A DNA stretch of 64,000 bases from Halodesulfurarchaeum sp. (GCA_034520565.1 JAXHNL010000002.1:672001-736000), one strand, 5' to 3'; positions 51,019 to 60,714 are shown, counted from the first letter of the stretch. The notes: generated by a model not told the origin, from the letters alone. A program made the numbers and translations.

Positions 51019-52466
51019 ATGAGTCAGGTAGTAAAGCAAAGTGCAAACTTTCGATGGGAGCTGGGCTTAGAACCCAAATTCCATCTACTCCTAGCAGGAT
51101 GGAAGCAGGAAAAGCATGACCCCAGAAATCCGGACGTTTGAAGAGCGTAAAGAATCGCCAAATCAGGGGAAGAAGCATCTCTAATTGTTCGGGCAAGTAG
51201 CTCACAAACTGATCTTGAGGGTGCTTTAGAGGCAATAGGGGCTGCGGTTAGGCCCATTTCAGATGATCAGTACAAGGTGGTCATGCCGGAAAGCGATCTC
51301 CACCGTTTAGAAGGGATCTCTGGGATTGAGCAGATCGAAATTGAAATCGAAGGGGAGCCTTTAAGAGGGAAACCTGAGCTCCCAGTTCGCTATGATTCAG
51401 TAAGGGATCTGCGAACTGGGTTATTGAGGCATACAGACAGATCTCCAATATTAGCCTCTTATGAGGTCCCTGAGGGAAATGTGGATATTGCCATAGTGGA
51501 TTCTGTGTATGAACTCGAATCTTTGGAAGGTTGGGACCCAGGATTTGACACAATCGCCGAAGAAGATTATACGGAAAGTGACGATGAGGTTTCTACTTCA
51601 ATTCACGGTTGGCATATTTCAAATTTGATCAGTTTCTTTATAGATCCAGAAAGAGTCACTTTTCATACGTACCGTGTGGTCAATGAGGATGAAGAAGAAT
51701 CAATGAATCAAGTCTAATCGAGGCTATAAAGTCGGCCCGAGATGATGGGGTCGATTTGATTAATCTATCAGTAAGTTTTGATCATATTGGTTCAAGGGTT
51801 AAACAATGCACACCTACTTCAACAATTGTGGTATATGCTCACGAGATAAGAAAAGCAATAGAAGATGGGATTACAGTCGTAGCTGGTGCAGGGAATGATT
51901 CAACATCTGAGAAGACATCCTGTCCAGGCGCGGTAGATGAAGTCATCGCTACAGCAGGTTACATCCCAAAGTGTCCCAATGGGCCCACTGGACCAGGATC
52001 AATCTGGATGTATTATGACGATGACGAAATAGAGGCAGACCCATTGGGAATGACACCAATTTGTAGTATGCAAGGGTGTGGCTATACCGAAATGTGTTCT
52101 GAAAATAGGGAGGATATTTATTGGGAGAATAATTCCGAACATGAAGGGAATAAGCCCGATGTGGCTGCCCCAGCAGCAATAATCATGGGGGGTGAACACG
52201 TTTCAGTTAATCCCGGGTTTATTGGTGGGACGAGTTATGCTGCTCCTATTGTAACTGCACAAATAGCAAATTGGTTACCTGTGTTCAAGTTTGAAGATAT
52301 CACATTAATACCCCAAGAAATCAGAAACGGTATTCGAGCGGCAAATAAAGATTTGGATACTGGGGAAAACCTAAAATTCGACGGAATTAGTGCATTCGAA
52401 GAGATAGGAGCGACATATAACATTCAACACGAAGAGTCCTCGGTTGATCTTCATCAGCCCCGTTGA
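51019..52466 (+). CDS. Subtilisin-like (S8) serine protease, AT-rich cargo (frameshifted)
   Basis: DIAIVDS (Asp), HGWHISNLI (His), AGAGND oxyanion motif, KPDVAAP, GGTSYAAP (Ser). Confidence 0.8.
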
Positions 52467-52479
52467 GAATTCCGGATTC

Positions 52480-52764
52480 CTAGCCGAACCCCTCAATACC
52501 CGATCCACAGTCGGCAGGCCGGTACCTCGCGTCGATCTCCTCCTGGAGGTAGAGCTGCCGTTCATCGTGAGCTCGTACATCTCGTTATGAATCGGCGCGA
52601 TCATGCCGGCGTACTGGAGTCTTCCACCGCTCCCCGATCCGTCCCGTCGAAGCGGTGAACTCTATCGCTTCGGCCATCATCGTCGGCGTTCCCCAGCCTT
52701 CACTGTCGAGGTGCTCGAGGATGCGTTCGTCGACTTGCTCCATCCAGTGAGCCGACCGTCTCAT
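52480..52764 (-). CDS. phiH1-repressor-like winged-helix protein 2 (frameshifted; end approximate)
   Basis: MRRSAHWMEQVDERILEHLDSEGWGTP...YELTMNG. Confidence 0.7.
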
Positions 52765-53072
52765 ACGTGATTTTCGTCCTCGGAGGCAGTTGGTCCGGGG
52801 ATTCGTCGACCTCTGGGATCTCGTGGGGCGTCTTCGGCGGTGTTGATCTCGCCGTCGAGATATCCTCTCCCGTTCGGTAATGGTGTAGACTCCGTTTCCA
52901 GAGATCGTTTGGAAGACCGTGTTTAGCGGTTTTCAGAGCCCGTTGGGAGGTGTCCCCGAGTGTACTGGATACCCGCGTCCACCATTTCTTTAGGCCGGCC
53001 TGAGCCATTTTCGCGGATATATTCGAGAATCCGGTCGTCTGCCAAAACCATCCAATCTCCCGATCTTCTCAT
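52761..53072 (-). CDS. phiH1-repressor-like winged-helix protein 1 (frameshifted)
   Basis: MRRSGDWMVLADDRILEYIRENGSGRP...GNGVYTITERG. Confidence 0.75.
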
Positions 53073-53147
53073 TAGTAAATAATTAACTACTCGGGGGATA
53101 TTGTTGTTTGGGTGGGTGAACCCTCTATCCTTAGATCGGTAAACCAT

Positions 53148-53173
53148 CCGCCGATAGTTATATTAATCGGCGG
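53148..53173. promoter_or_regulatory. Inverted repeat enclosing a TATA-like box (putative operator of the immunity switch)
   Basis: CCGCCGAT-AGTTATATTA-ATCGGCGG, ending 19 nt before the RHH ATG. Confidence 0.55.
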
Positions 53174-53192
53174 TTAATTGTTTGCTAACGCA

Positions 53193-53393
53193 ATGGCTCG
53201 AAGAAGCCTATCGGTGTCCATCTCCATGCCGGTCGAGATGGACGGAAAACTGGCAGAAGAGGCCCGAAGACACGGGATGAGCTACTCGGAATATGTCAGG
53301 CACATCCTGAGAGAGCACGCGATCACTCCGTTCAATTCGCCGAGCATTTCGCTCGAAGAATTGGAGTCAGAACGTCAGGAGGGGGCTGCCTGA
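53193..53393 (+). CDS. CopG/RHH transcription factor
   Basis: SVSISMPVEMDGKLAEEARRHGMSYSEYVRHILRE. Confidence 0.85.
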   Translation: MARRSLSVSISMPVEMDGKLAEEARRHGMSYSEYVRHILREHAITPFNSPSISLEELESERQEGAA

Positions 53394-53758
53394 ACCATGT
53401 GCACTGGTGGAGCCCCCAGTCCAAGAACGGCGAGCACGGCCGTAAAACCTCCGGCGAGGAGATAATCGTCGCCGGTGACGAGGGCGAGATTTTGGAGGCC
53501 TGAAATGAGGGGCGCACCCCTCACGTACGACGAGCCCGACGCCCGAGCGCGACGGGCACGGTCCCGCTTTGCCGGGTCGTCGGGTCGACCATGTACGTCC
53601 CGAAAAACGCCTGCCCCTACTGCGGCGAGGAAGGCGGTCGGGATGCGTAACTGCACCCATCCGGTGATCCAGTACGACGAACGCGAGGAGCCCTACTGCG
53701 GCGCTTGTGGGGCGATGCTGGGGCATCGCTCCGCGTCCGATATCGGGATCGCCGAGAC

Positions 53759-54808
53759 ATGACCGATGGAGAGACGTCGCGACGATCCGACCGACCTCTC
53801 CCTCGAAAGCGGTATCCCGGTATCTCCACGTCGAGCCCCGGACTCGACCGAGAAGAGCATTCACGGGTGGGAGTACCGCCTGAAACCTTCGTCGAGTGGT
53901 GCGAGCCGTCGGGATCGAGCGGTCGGCGAGCTGCGCCGGTACGATCTCGACGAATACTACGAGCTCCGGAGCGCGGAGATCGCGCCGGCCACCCTCGAGG
54001 GCGAGATGTGGACGCTCAAGATGTTCGTCGACTTCCTGGGTGATATCGGGGCCGTGGAGTCCGACCTGGACGAAGCGGTTCGTATCCCCGATATCGACCC
54101 CGAGGATCGATCGAACGATACGAAGCTCGAAACCGACGCCGCACTTGCCCTGATCCAGTATTATCGGGATTCCCCGAAAACTACGCGACTCGGGCCCACG
54201 CATTCCTCGAACTCCGGCGTCGACGGGGCCCGGCAGGGCGGCCTCCGGGCGCTCGATATTCGCGACGCCGAGCTGGATGACAACCCGTACGTTTACTTCC
54301 GGCACCGGCCGGAGCAGGGCGCCCGCTCAAGAACAAACGGAGCGGCGAGCGGCCCGTGGGACTCACGTCCGAGACGGCCGACGTGATACGGGCCTCGTCG
54401 ATGGGCGCCGGTACGGTCCACGACGACCAGGGGAGGCAGCCCCTACTCGCGAGTGCCAAAGGACGCCCGACGTCGAACACGTTTCGAAATTGGACTACAT
54501 GGCAACTCAGCCGTGTCTTCACTCGGCCTGTCCGCACGGGAGGAACCGGGAGACGTGCAAATTCGTCGCCACAACCACGCTTCGATACCGAGTTCCCGAA
54601 GTCCGCACCAAATTCGAACCGGGACGATCACCTGGCTGTTGAACCTCGGCTGGCCGCCGCAAGACGTCGCCGAGCGTGTCAATGCCAGCGTGAAAACGAT
54701 CGGAAGCATCACGACAAGGCCGATCCCGACGAGCGCCGCCGTCGGCTTCTCGATCGAATGGAGGATCGACGTCGACCACTCGTTAACAGTCTCAAAATAG
54801 CACAATGA
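53759..54808 (+). CDS. SNJ2-family tyrosine integrase (several frameshifts)
   Basis: Joined frames: GARQGGLRALD, LKNK..GERPV, TQPC..CPH..C insert, SRSPHQIRTGTITWLL, AERVNAS; ends next to attR. Confidence 0.88.
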
Positions 54809-54859
54809 CATTACCAAAATCGCAACATCTGCACGCACCGCCACGAAACCGATTCCACG

Positions 54860-54874
54860 TCGCGCCGGCCCACT
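54860..54874 (+). repeat. attR core (TCGCGCCGGCCCACT)
   Basis: Identical to 34830-34844; 51 nt after the integrase stop; followed by a T-run. Confidence 0.75.
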
Positions 54875-55012
54875 TTTCCCACCGTTTTTACCGAGGAGCG
54901 GTGCGACTCCTCGAGTCGCGCCGCGAGTCCTCCGGTGGGAAATTGCCACGGGAATTTGAATTAGGGAACAAATCTTCGATTTGTGAGTGAAATTCAAATT
55001 CGCGCCGGCCCA
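54875..55012 (+). repeat. tRNA-Pro-linked hairpin unit ending in a 21-bp copy of the tRNA 3' end
   Basis: TTTCCCACCG...CGGTGGGAAA stem, then GAATTTGAAT...ATTCAAATTC stem, ending ATTCAAATTCGCGCCGGCCCA (54992-55012 = 34822-34842). Confidence 0.8.
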
Positions 55013-55179
55013 TTCATTCCCCACCTTTCGCTGCGCTCGGTCGCACAGCGACCTCGGCTCACGGCGTTTCGCGCCGTTCGTCCAGTCAGCAAGGCCGCCG
55101 GCCTCGCTCGGCTCGCAAAAGCTGGACCAAAACGGAATGGATGGCCGAGTTGTGAACCGCCTTCGCCGGAGCAATTCCT

Positions 55180-55608
55180 CTACAACTCCGTCTCGGGCTC
55201 CGGAATCTGCCGCGTCGTCCCGATGATCCGAACCGGCTCCCCGGGTTCGGTCACGACGTCCCCCTGCCCTTCGAGCCAGATTTCGCCCGAGGCCAGTTTG
55301 AGCGGGTACTGGACGTGATAGGAGGTGCCCTCGTCGATGGCCCGCTCGAACGCCGCGACGACGTCGTCGCGGTACCCGGCGGGCACCCGGTCGACGAAGT
55401 TCTCGAAGATCGGCTCGAGTTCGCTCGCGTCCACGTCGAACAGCGCCTCGAAGGAGGGATACCGATCGACGGTGTCCGTCTCGAGGTTCCACTCCCAGGC
55501 GTAGGTGTTGGTGGCCTTGAGGGCGCTGATGAGCTTGTCCCGAACGGCCTCCAGTTCGTCGATCTGTGCTTCGAGTTCGTCGATACGATCGGCTGTTTCC
55601 GGTGCCAT
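55180..55608 (-). CDS. PAS domain protein
   Basis: YAWEWNLETD...YHVQYPL...WLEGQG...IIGTTRQI PAS/PAC pattern. Confidence 0.85.
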   Translation of the reverse strand: MAPETADRIDELEAQIDELEAVRDKLISALKATNTYAWEWNLETDTVDRYPSFEALFDVDASELEPIFENFVDRVPAGYRDDVVAAFERAIDEGTSYHVQYPLKLASGEIWLEGQGDVVTEPGEPVRIIGTTRQIPEPETEL

Positions 55609-55734
55609 ATGTAAACAGTATGCACGCCAGCACTATCGAACTTCCGTCGGCCCGGGTCATCCATCGATTCGCCGGGGTGCGGGGCAAGCCGGGGAATGGA
55701 GGTGAGGGGTGAGTGGAAAAAAGGAAACGCCTCC

Positions 55735-56307
55735 TCACTCGCCGTTTCCCAACTCCGCTCCGTAGGGGTAATCCATCTGGCGGGCAATCGCCTCGCGCGT
55801 CTCCCGATCGGCTAGCATCTCCACGATGTACAGCCCGAGGTCGATGGCCGAGGAAACCCCGCGGCCAGTAATCACGTCGCCATCCTGCACCACCCGGTCC
55901 TCGACGACCGACGCGTACTGCTCCAGCGTCTCGTACTCGCTCGGGTGGGTGGTTGCCCGCCGGCCATTCAGAAAGCCCGCGGCCCCGAGCAATAGCGATC
56001 CCGTGCAGACCGAGGTCTTGTACCGACAGGCGGCGGCGGTCTCGAGCCACGCGATGAACTCCGGTTCGTGCTGCAGTTCCCGGGTCGCGGTGCCACCCGG
56101 GACAAAGACGAAATCGTAGTCGCCGAGATCTGGCTCGATGCGGTCCACCTTGAGGGTCAACCCGTTTGCCGTCACCGTCGTCGACTGGGCACAGATGTCC
56201 CACTCGAGCGGCCGAAAACCCATCCGGTCGAGCCGGGTAATCGGGTCGTACGCGCCGACGAAATCGAGGGCTGTCATTCCGTCATATGCGACGAACGCGA
56301 TTTTCAT
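55735..56307 (-). CDS. DJ-1/PfpI family protein
   Basis: VFVPGG, SVCTGS, ATTH, GVSSAID. Confidence 0.92.
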   Translation of the reverse strand: MKIAFVAYDGMTALDFVGAYDPITRLDRMGFRPLEWDICAQSTTVTANGLTLKVDRIEPDLGDYDFVFVPGGTATRELQHEPEFIAWLETAAACRYKTSVCTGSLLLGAAGFLNGRRATTHPSEYETLEQYASVVEDRVVQDGDVITGRGVSSAIDLGLYIVEMLADRETREAIARQMDYPYGAELGNGE

Positions 56308-56451
56308 GCAGGAGGGTTCCCGGGAAGTGGCATAACGACTGCGGCCGCGTCGATCACCTCACGAGGGCTCGAAACCACCATCGCCCGTCTCGAAGGGGCA
56401 AGTCCCGCGGGGACACGATACGTTTCAGTCGGCGCTTTCGTATGGCTGTCC

Positions 56452-58638
56452 ATGGCACGCCCCACGGACCGGAACCGCCTGGACGAGGCGGCGAGTCCCT
56501 ACCTCCAGCAACACGCCGACAACCCGGTCCACTGGCAACCGTGGGACGAGACGGCCCTCGCGGCGGCCCGGGAGTTGGATCGACCGATCTTCCTCAGCGT
56601 GGGCTATTCCTCCTGTCACTGGTGTCATGTCATGGCCGAGGAGTCCTTCGAGGACCCGGCCATCGCAGAGCGCCTGAACCGCGATTTCGTCCCGATCAAG
56701 GTCGACCGTGAGGAACGCCCCGACGTCGACAGCATCTACATGACCGTCTGCCGGCTAGTGACCCGTGGGGGCTGTGGCTGGCCGCTTTCGGTGTGGCTCA
56801 CCCCCGACTGGCACCCGTTCTACGTCGGCACGTACTTCCCACCGGCGGAAAAGCACGGTCGCCCGGCCTTCGGGGACCTGCTCGAAAGCATCGCCGAATC
56901 CTGGGAGACGGAGCGTGAGGCACTTGAAGAACGGGGCGAGGCGTGGCTCGCCGCGGCCAGCGACGAGTTGGAATCCGTCCCGGTTCCGTCGGATTCCGGC
57001 ACTGCAACCGGAACCACGGATACGGACGTACTGGAAGCCGCCGGCGACCAGTTCCTCGAGACCGCGGACCGAACCCACGGGGGCTTTGGCACCGGCCAGA
57101 AGTTCCCGCACGTCGACCGGTTGCTCGTTTTGGCCAGGCTCGCGGACCGAACGGACCGCGAGGAGTACGAAACCGTCCTCTCGGAATCCCTCGATGCGAT
57201 GGCGACCGGCGGCCTCCGGGATCAACTCGGTGGTGGCTTCCACCGCTACTGCGTCGATCGGGACTGGACGGTTCCCCACTTCGAGAAGATGCTCTATGAC
57301 AACGCCGAGATTCCGCGGGCGTTCCTGGCCGGATACGCCCTCACCGGGGCTCCCTCCTCTGCGACGGTCGTCGAGGAGACCTTCGACTTCGTCGACCGGG
57401 AGTTGACCCACCCCGACGGCGGATTCTACAGCACGCTCGATGCGAGAAGCCCGCCGAAAGACGGCGATCCGACGGCACAGTCGGCCGTCGAGGGCGCCTT
57501 TTACACCTGGACTCCGGCGGAAGTTCGCTCGGCGATGGAGCAGGCCGCGACTGGGAACGACACCTTCGATCCCGACTGGCTCGTGACGCTCTTCCGGGAG
57601 CGGTTCGGCGTGACCCAGGCGGGGAACTTCGAGGGGGAGACGGTTCTCACGCAGTCCCGTTCCATCGACGAACTGGCCGAGGAGTTCGATCGAAGCGTCG
57701 CGGAAATCGAGATTTCCCTGACGGAGGCAATCGAACGAGCCCGACGCGCCCGGGAGAAACGGCCCCGCCCGCCCCGGGACGAGAAGATCCTGGCCGACTG
57801 GAACGGCCTGCTGATCGGCTCGCTGGCCACCGCTTCGATCGTCCTCGACGTGCCGGAATTCGCCGACATGGCCGGCGATGCCCTCGAGTTCGTCCGCGAG
57901 AACCACTGGGACGGCACGCGACTCGCCCATCGCTACCGGGACGGGGACCGGCTAGACGTGGACTACCTCGCGGATTACGCGTTCCTCGCCCGCGCCGCAC
58001 TGAAGCTACACGGGGCGACTGGCGAGCTTGCCCCCCTGTCATTCGCGCTCGATTTGGGCCGGGCGATGCGAGCCCGGTTCTGGGACCCGGCACAGGAGAC
58101 CCTCTTTTTCACGACGGAGGGGGCGGACGGGCTTCCGATTCGCCCGACTGGCGCCCAGGACGAGTCCACGCCGTCGAGTACGGCCGTCGCGGTCGAGGTG
58201 CTCGCCGCGCTGCACCACTTCGACCCGGGGGCCGGGTTCGAATCGGTGGCCGGCAGCATCCTGCAGTCCCACCGCGAGCAACTCGAGTCGAGCCCGGAAC
58301 GCTTCGCGACCCTCGCGATGGCCGCCGACCGCCTCGAGCACGGGTATCTCGAAGTCACGATCGCCGCGGACTCGATCCCGGCCGAGTGGCGATCCGTGCT
58401 GGGGGACGAATTTCGTCCCGGTCTGTTGCTCACCCGGCGACCGCCAGACGAGCAGGCGCTCGGAGCGTGGCTCGACGTGCTCGGTCTCGATTCGGCGCCG
58501 CCGATCTGGGCGGGTCGGGCCGCGCGCGGCGAACCGACCGCTTTCGTCTGCCGCCTGAGCTGTTCCCCACCCGTGACGGACGCCGCCGACCTCGAGGATC
58601 GGCTCGCGGAGTTCGCACTGAGCGGGAGCGGAGGGTGA
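56452..58638 (+). CDS. Thioredoxin-domain protein (YyaL/SSP411 family)
   Basis: SPYLQQHADNPVHW, CHWCHVMAEESF, PHFEKMLYDNA. Confidence 0.93.
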   Translation: MARPTDRNRLDEAASPYLQQHADNPVHWQPWDETALAAARELDRPIFLSVGYSSCHWCHVMAEESFEDPAIAERLNRDFVPIKVDREERPDVDSIYMTVCRLVTRGGCGWPLSVWLTPDWHPFYVGTYFPPAEKHGRPAFGDLLESIAESWETEREALEERGEAWLAAASDELESVPVPSDSGTATGTTDTDVLEAAGDQFLETADRTHGGFGTGQKFPHVDRLLVLARLADRTDREEYETVLSESLDAMATGGLRDQLGGGFHRYCVDRDWTVPHFEKMLYDNAEIPRAFLAGYALTGAPSSATVVEETFDFVDRELTHPDGGFYSTLDARSPPKDGDPTAQSAVEGAFYTWTPAEVRSAMEQAATGNDTFDPDWLVTLFRERFGVTQAGNFEGETVLTQSRSIDELAEEFDRSVAEIEISLTEAIERARRAREKRPRPPRDEKILADWNGLLIGSLATASIVLDVPEFADMAGDALEFVRENHWDGTRLAHRYRDGDRLDVDYLADYAFLARAALKLHGATGELAPLSFALDLGRAMRARFWDPAQETLFFTTEGADGLPIRPTGAQDESTPSSTAVAVEVLAALHHFDPGAGFESVAGSILQSHREQLESSPERFATLAMAADRLEHGYLEVTIAADSIPAEWRSVLGDEFRPGLLLTRRPPDEQALGAWLDVLGLDSAPPIWAGRAARGEPTAFVCRLSCSPPVTDAADLEDRLAEFALSGSGG

Positions 58639-58707
58639 CGTCTCCACGCGGGTGGGACGGCCTCGCACACGACGGGATTAAACTGCCCGCCCACGAACCA
58701 ACGCCCA

Positions 58708-59823
58708 ATGTCGCCGGGGACCCCACGAGAGTTGCCCTCACCCGAGGCCTTTCAGTCGGTCTTCCGGGTGTACGAGGTCCAAAAAGACGAGGAGGGCGTT
58801 CACTACTACGGCGACCCCCTCGTGAACCAGCAGCAACTCCTCGAGACGGTCTGGCCGCAGTTCCGCGACGCGGGTTACGAGGTGTCCCTCCAGCGCCAGC
58901 TGGGCGAGTTCGTGCTCGTTGCCCAGCCCACGGACACCGGGGAAGACGGCGTCCCCTGGACGAACGTCGTCCTGGCCGTCGCCACCATCCTCTCGACGCT
59001 GTTCGTGGGAACCCAGTGGTACTACGTGCAGGACCCCCTCTCGCTGGAATTGCTCGATGCCGTCCCGTTCACCCTGGCAGTCATGGGCGTCCTCGGCACA
59101 CACGAACTCGGCCATTACGTTCTGAGTCGCTATCACGACGTCCCCGCGTCGCTCCCGTATTTCATCCCGTTCCCGACGATCATCGGAACGATGGGGGCGG
59201 TGATCCGCATCCGTGGGCGGATTCCGGACCGCCGTGCGCTCTTTGACATCGGCGTCGCCGGGCCGCTCGCTGGGCTCGTGGCGACGGTCGTCGTGACCGT
59301 TATTGGCCTCACGCTCCCGCCGGTCGCGGTCCCGGACTGGGTGTTCGCCGCTGGGTCGACCGTCGAGGTCCAGTTCAACTATCCGCTTCTGCTGACGGGC
59401 ATCGCCGCGCTGCTCGGGGAACCACTCTCGTACGCGGATCCGCAGCTCGTCGTCAATCCGGTCGTGATCGGGGGCTGGGTGGGGATGTTCATCACGTTCC
59501 TGAACCTCATCCCGGTGGGGCAACTCGACGGCGGGCACATCCTCCGGGCGATGGCCGGACCCGCCCAGGAGCGAATCGCGCCGCTGGTGCCGATCTCCCT
59601 GTTCGGGCTTGCTGCGGGTCTCTACCTGTTCACGGACGCCGGCCAGATGGTCGGGGTCTGGATCCTCTGGGGGTTCATGGCCATGCTTGCGACCTACATC
59701 GGAAGCGCCGCGCCGATCGCGGAGGGGCCCCTCGATTCCCGACGGAAGGCACTTGGCGTCATTACCTTCGTGCTCGGACTGCTCTGTTTTACCCCGATCC
59801 CGATCGAAGTCATCGGCCTCTAG
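58708..59823 (+). CDS. Site-2 protease (M50)
   Basis: HELGH, AGP, NLIPVGQLDGGH. Confidence 0.92.
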   Translation: MSPGTPRELPSPEAFQSVFRVYEVQKDEEGVHYYGDPLVNQQQLLETVWPQFRDAGYEVSLQRQLGEFVLVAQPTDTGEDGVPWTNVVLAVATILSTLFVGTQWYYVQDPLSLELLDAVPFTLAVMGVLGTHELGHYVLSRYHDVPASLPYFIPFPTIIGTMGAVIRIRGRIPDRRALFDIGVAGPLAGLVATVVVTVIGLTLPPVAVPDWVFAAGSTVEVQFNYPLLLTGIAALLGEPLSYADPQLVVNPVVIGGWVGMFITFLNLIPVGQLDGGHILRAMAGPAQERIAPLVPISLFGLAAGLYLFTDAGQMVGVWILWGFMAMLATYIGSAAPIAEGPLDSRRKALGVITFVLGLLCFTPIPIEVIGL

Positions 59824-59829
59824 CCCGGG

Positions 59830-60714
59830 TCAGCTCGACCCGTGGGTGTACCCCTCGTCCTCGAGTGGCTCTCCGTCCAGTTCGATCCCTGCGTCGGCAG
59901 GTTCGACCGTTCCGAGAACGGAGAGCGGAACGGAAAGGGTCTCTCTGACGGTTTCGACCCGCTCCTCGGGCAGAGTGCAGACGAGTTCGAAATCGCCACC
60001 GTAGGTGATGGCCTCCTCGAGCGGGTCCGTGCCGATTCCGAGGTAGGTATCGAGGTCGTCGGTGATCGGAACTGCGGACCCGTCGATAGCAAACCCGACG
60101 CCGCTCGCGGCAGCGAGCTGGTGGAGCGAGCGAGCCAGTCCGTCACTCGAATCCATCATCGCGGTGGCCGCTGTGGCGAGTTCTCGGCCGGCCGCGACTC
60201 GGGGCGTGAACTGGAACAGTTCGTTCCCCAGGTCGATCGCCCCCGCCTCGAAGGCCCGGATCCCCGCGGCGGTCCGCCCGAGAGTCCCGGTGACACAGAC
60301 GACGTCTCCCGGACTGGCCCCGTCGCGGGTGACTGGATCCGTCGTGTGCCCGATCGCCGCCGTTGCGACGGTGAACTCCGAATGGCTGTCGAGATCACCG
60401 CCGACGTAGCCTGCACCCACCGCCTCCGAGACTGCTCTGGCGCCCTTGAGGAACGGCTCGAGTTTCTCGGCTTCGAAATCCGGCACGCCCATGGCCGCCA
60501 CGGTCGCCGTGGCCTCGGCCCCCATCGCAGCGACGTCGGAGAGCGAGACGCCGACTGACCGCCAGCCTGCGGTGTAGTGGCTCGTTCCCGGCGGAAAATC
60601 CGCCGATTCGTGGAGCATGTCGATGGTGAGAACCGTGCCGTCGACGATCGCCGCGTCGTCGCTGGGCCCGTCGAGGAAGTCGGCTACCAGCGAGAGTGCC
60701 CCTTGCTCGTCCAT
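59830..60714 (-). CDS. thiL: Thiamine-phosphate kinase
   Basis: DDAA, LSDVAAMGA, GGD, DSSDGL, GGDFEL. Confidence 0.93.
   Translation of the reverse strand: MDEQGALSLVADFLDGPSDDAAIVDGTVLTIDMLHESADFPPGTSHYTAGWRSVGVSLSDVAAMGAEATATVAAMGVPDFEAEKLEPFLKGARAVSEAVGAGYVGGDLDSHSEFTVATAAIGHTTDPVTRDGASPGDVVCVTGTLGRTAAGIRAFEAGAIDLGNELFQFTPRVAAGRELATAATAMMDSSDGLARSLHQLAAASGVGFAIDGSAVPITDDLDTYLGIGTDPLEEAITYGGDFELVCTLPEERVETVRETLSVPLSVLGTVEPADAGIELDGEPLEDEGYTHGSS

Larger units (their letters stand above)
34830..54874. mobile_element. Integrated provirus (~20.0 kb), tailless icosahedral membrane-containing type (Halopanivirales, SNJ1/SH1-like)
   Basis: tRNA-end direct repeats, terminal integrase, packaging ATPase, two MCP-like genes, TM structural genes, repressors, low-GC cargo. 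Confidence 0.88.

Noticed and set aside
34907-54808. Programmed ribosomal frameshifting as the cause of the broken ORFs
   Set aside because: Indels are too many and irregular, with no consistent slippery site; sequencing error or decay is simpler.
34845-54860. Head-tail provirus, pleolipovirus or conjugative element
   Set aside because: No terminase, portal or tail genes, no pleolipovirus spike/conserved block, no relaxase or T4SS; the ATPase plus two-MCP layout fits Halopanivirales better.
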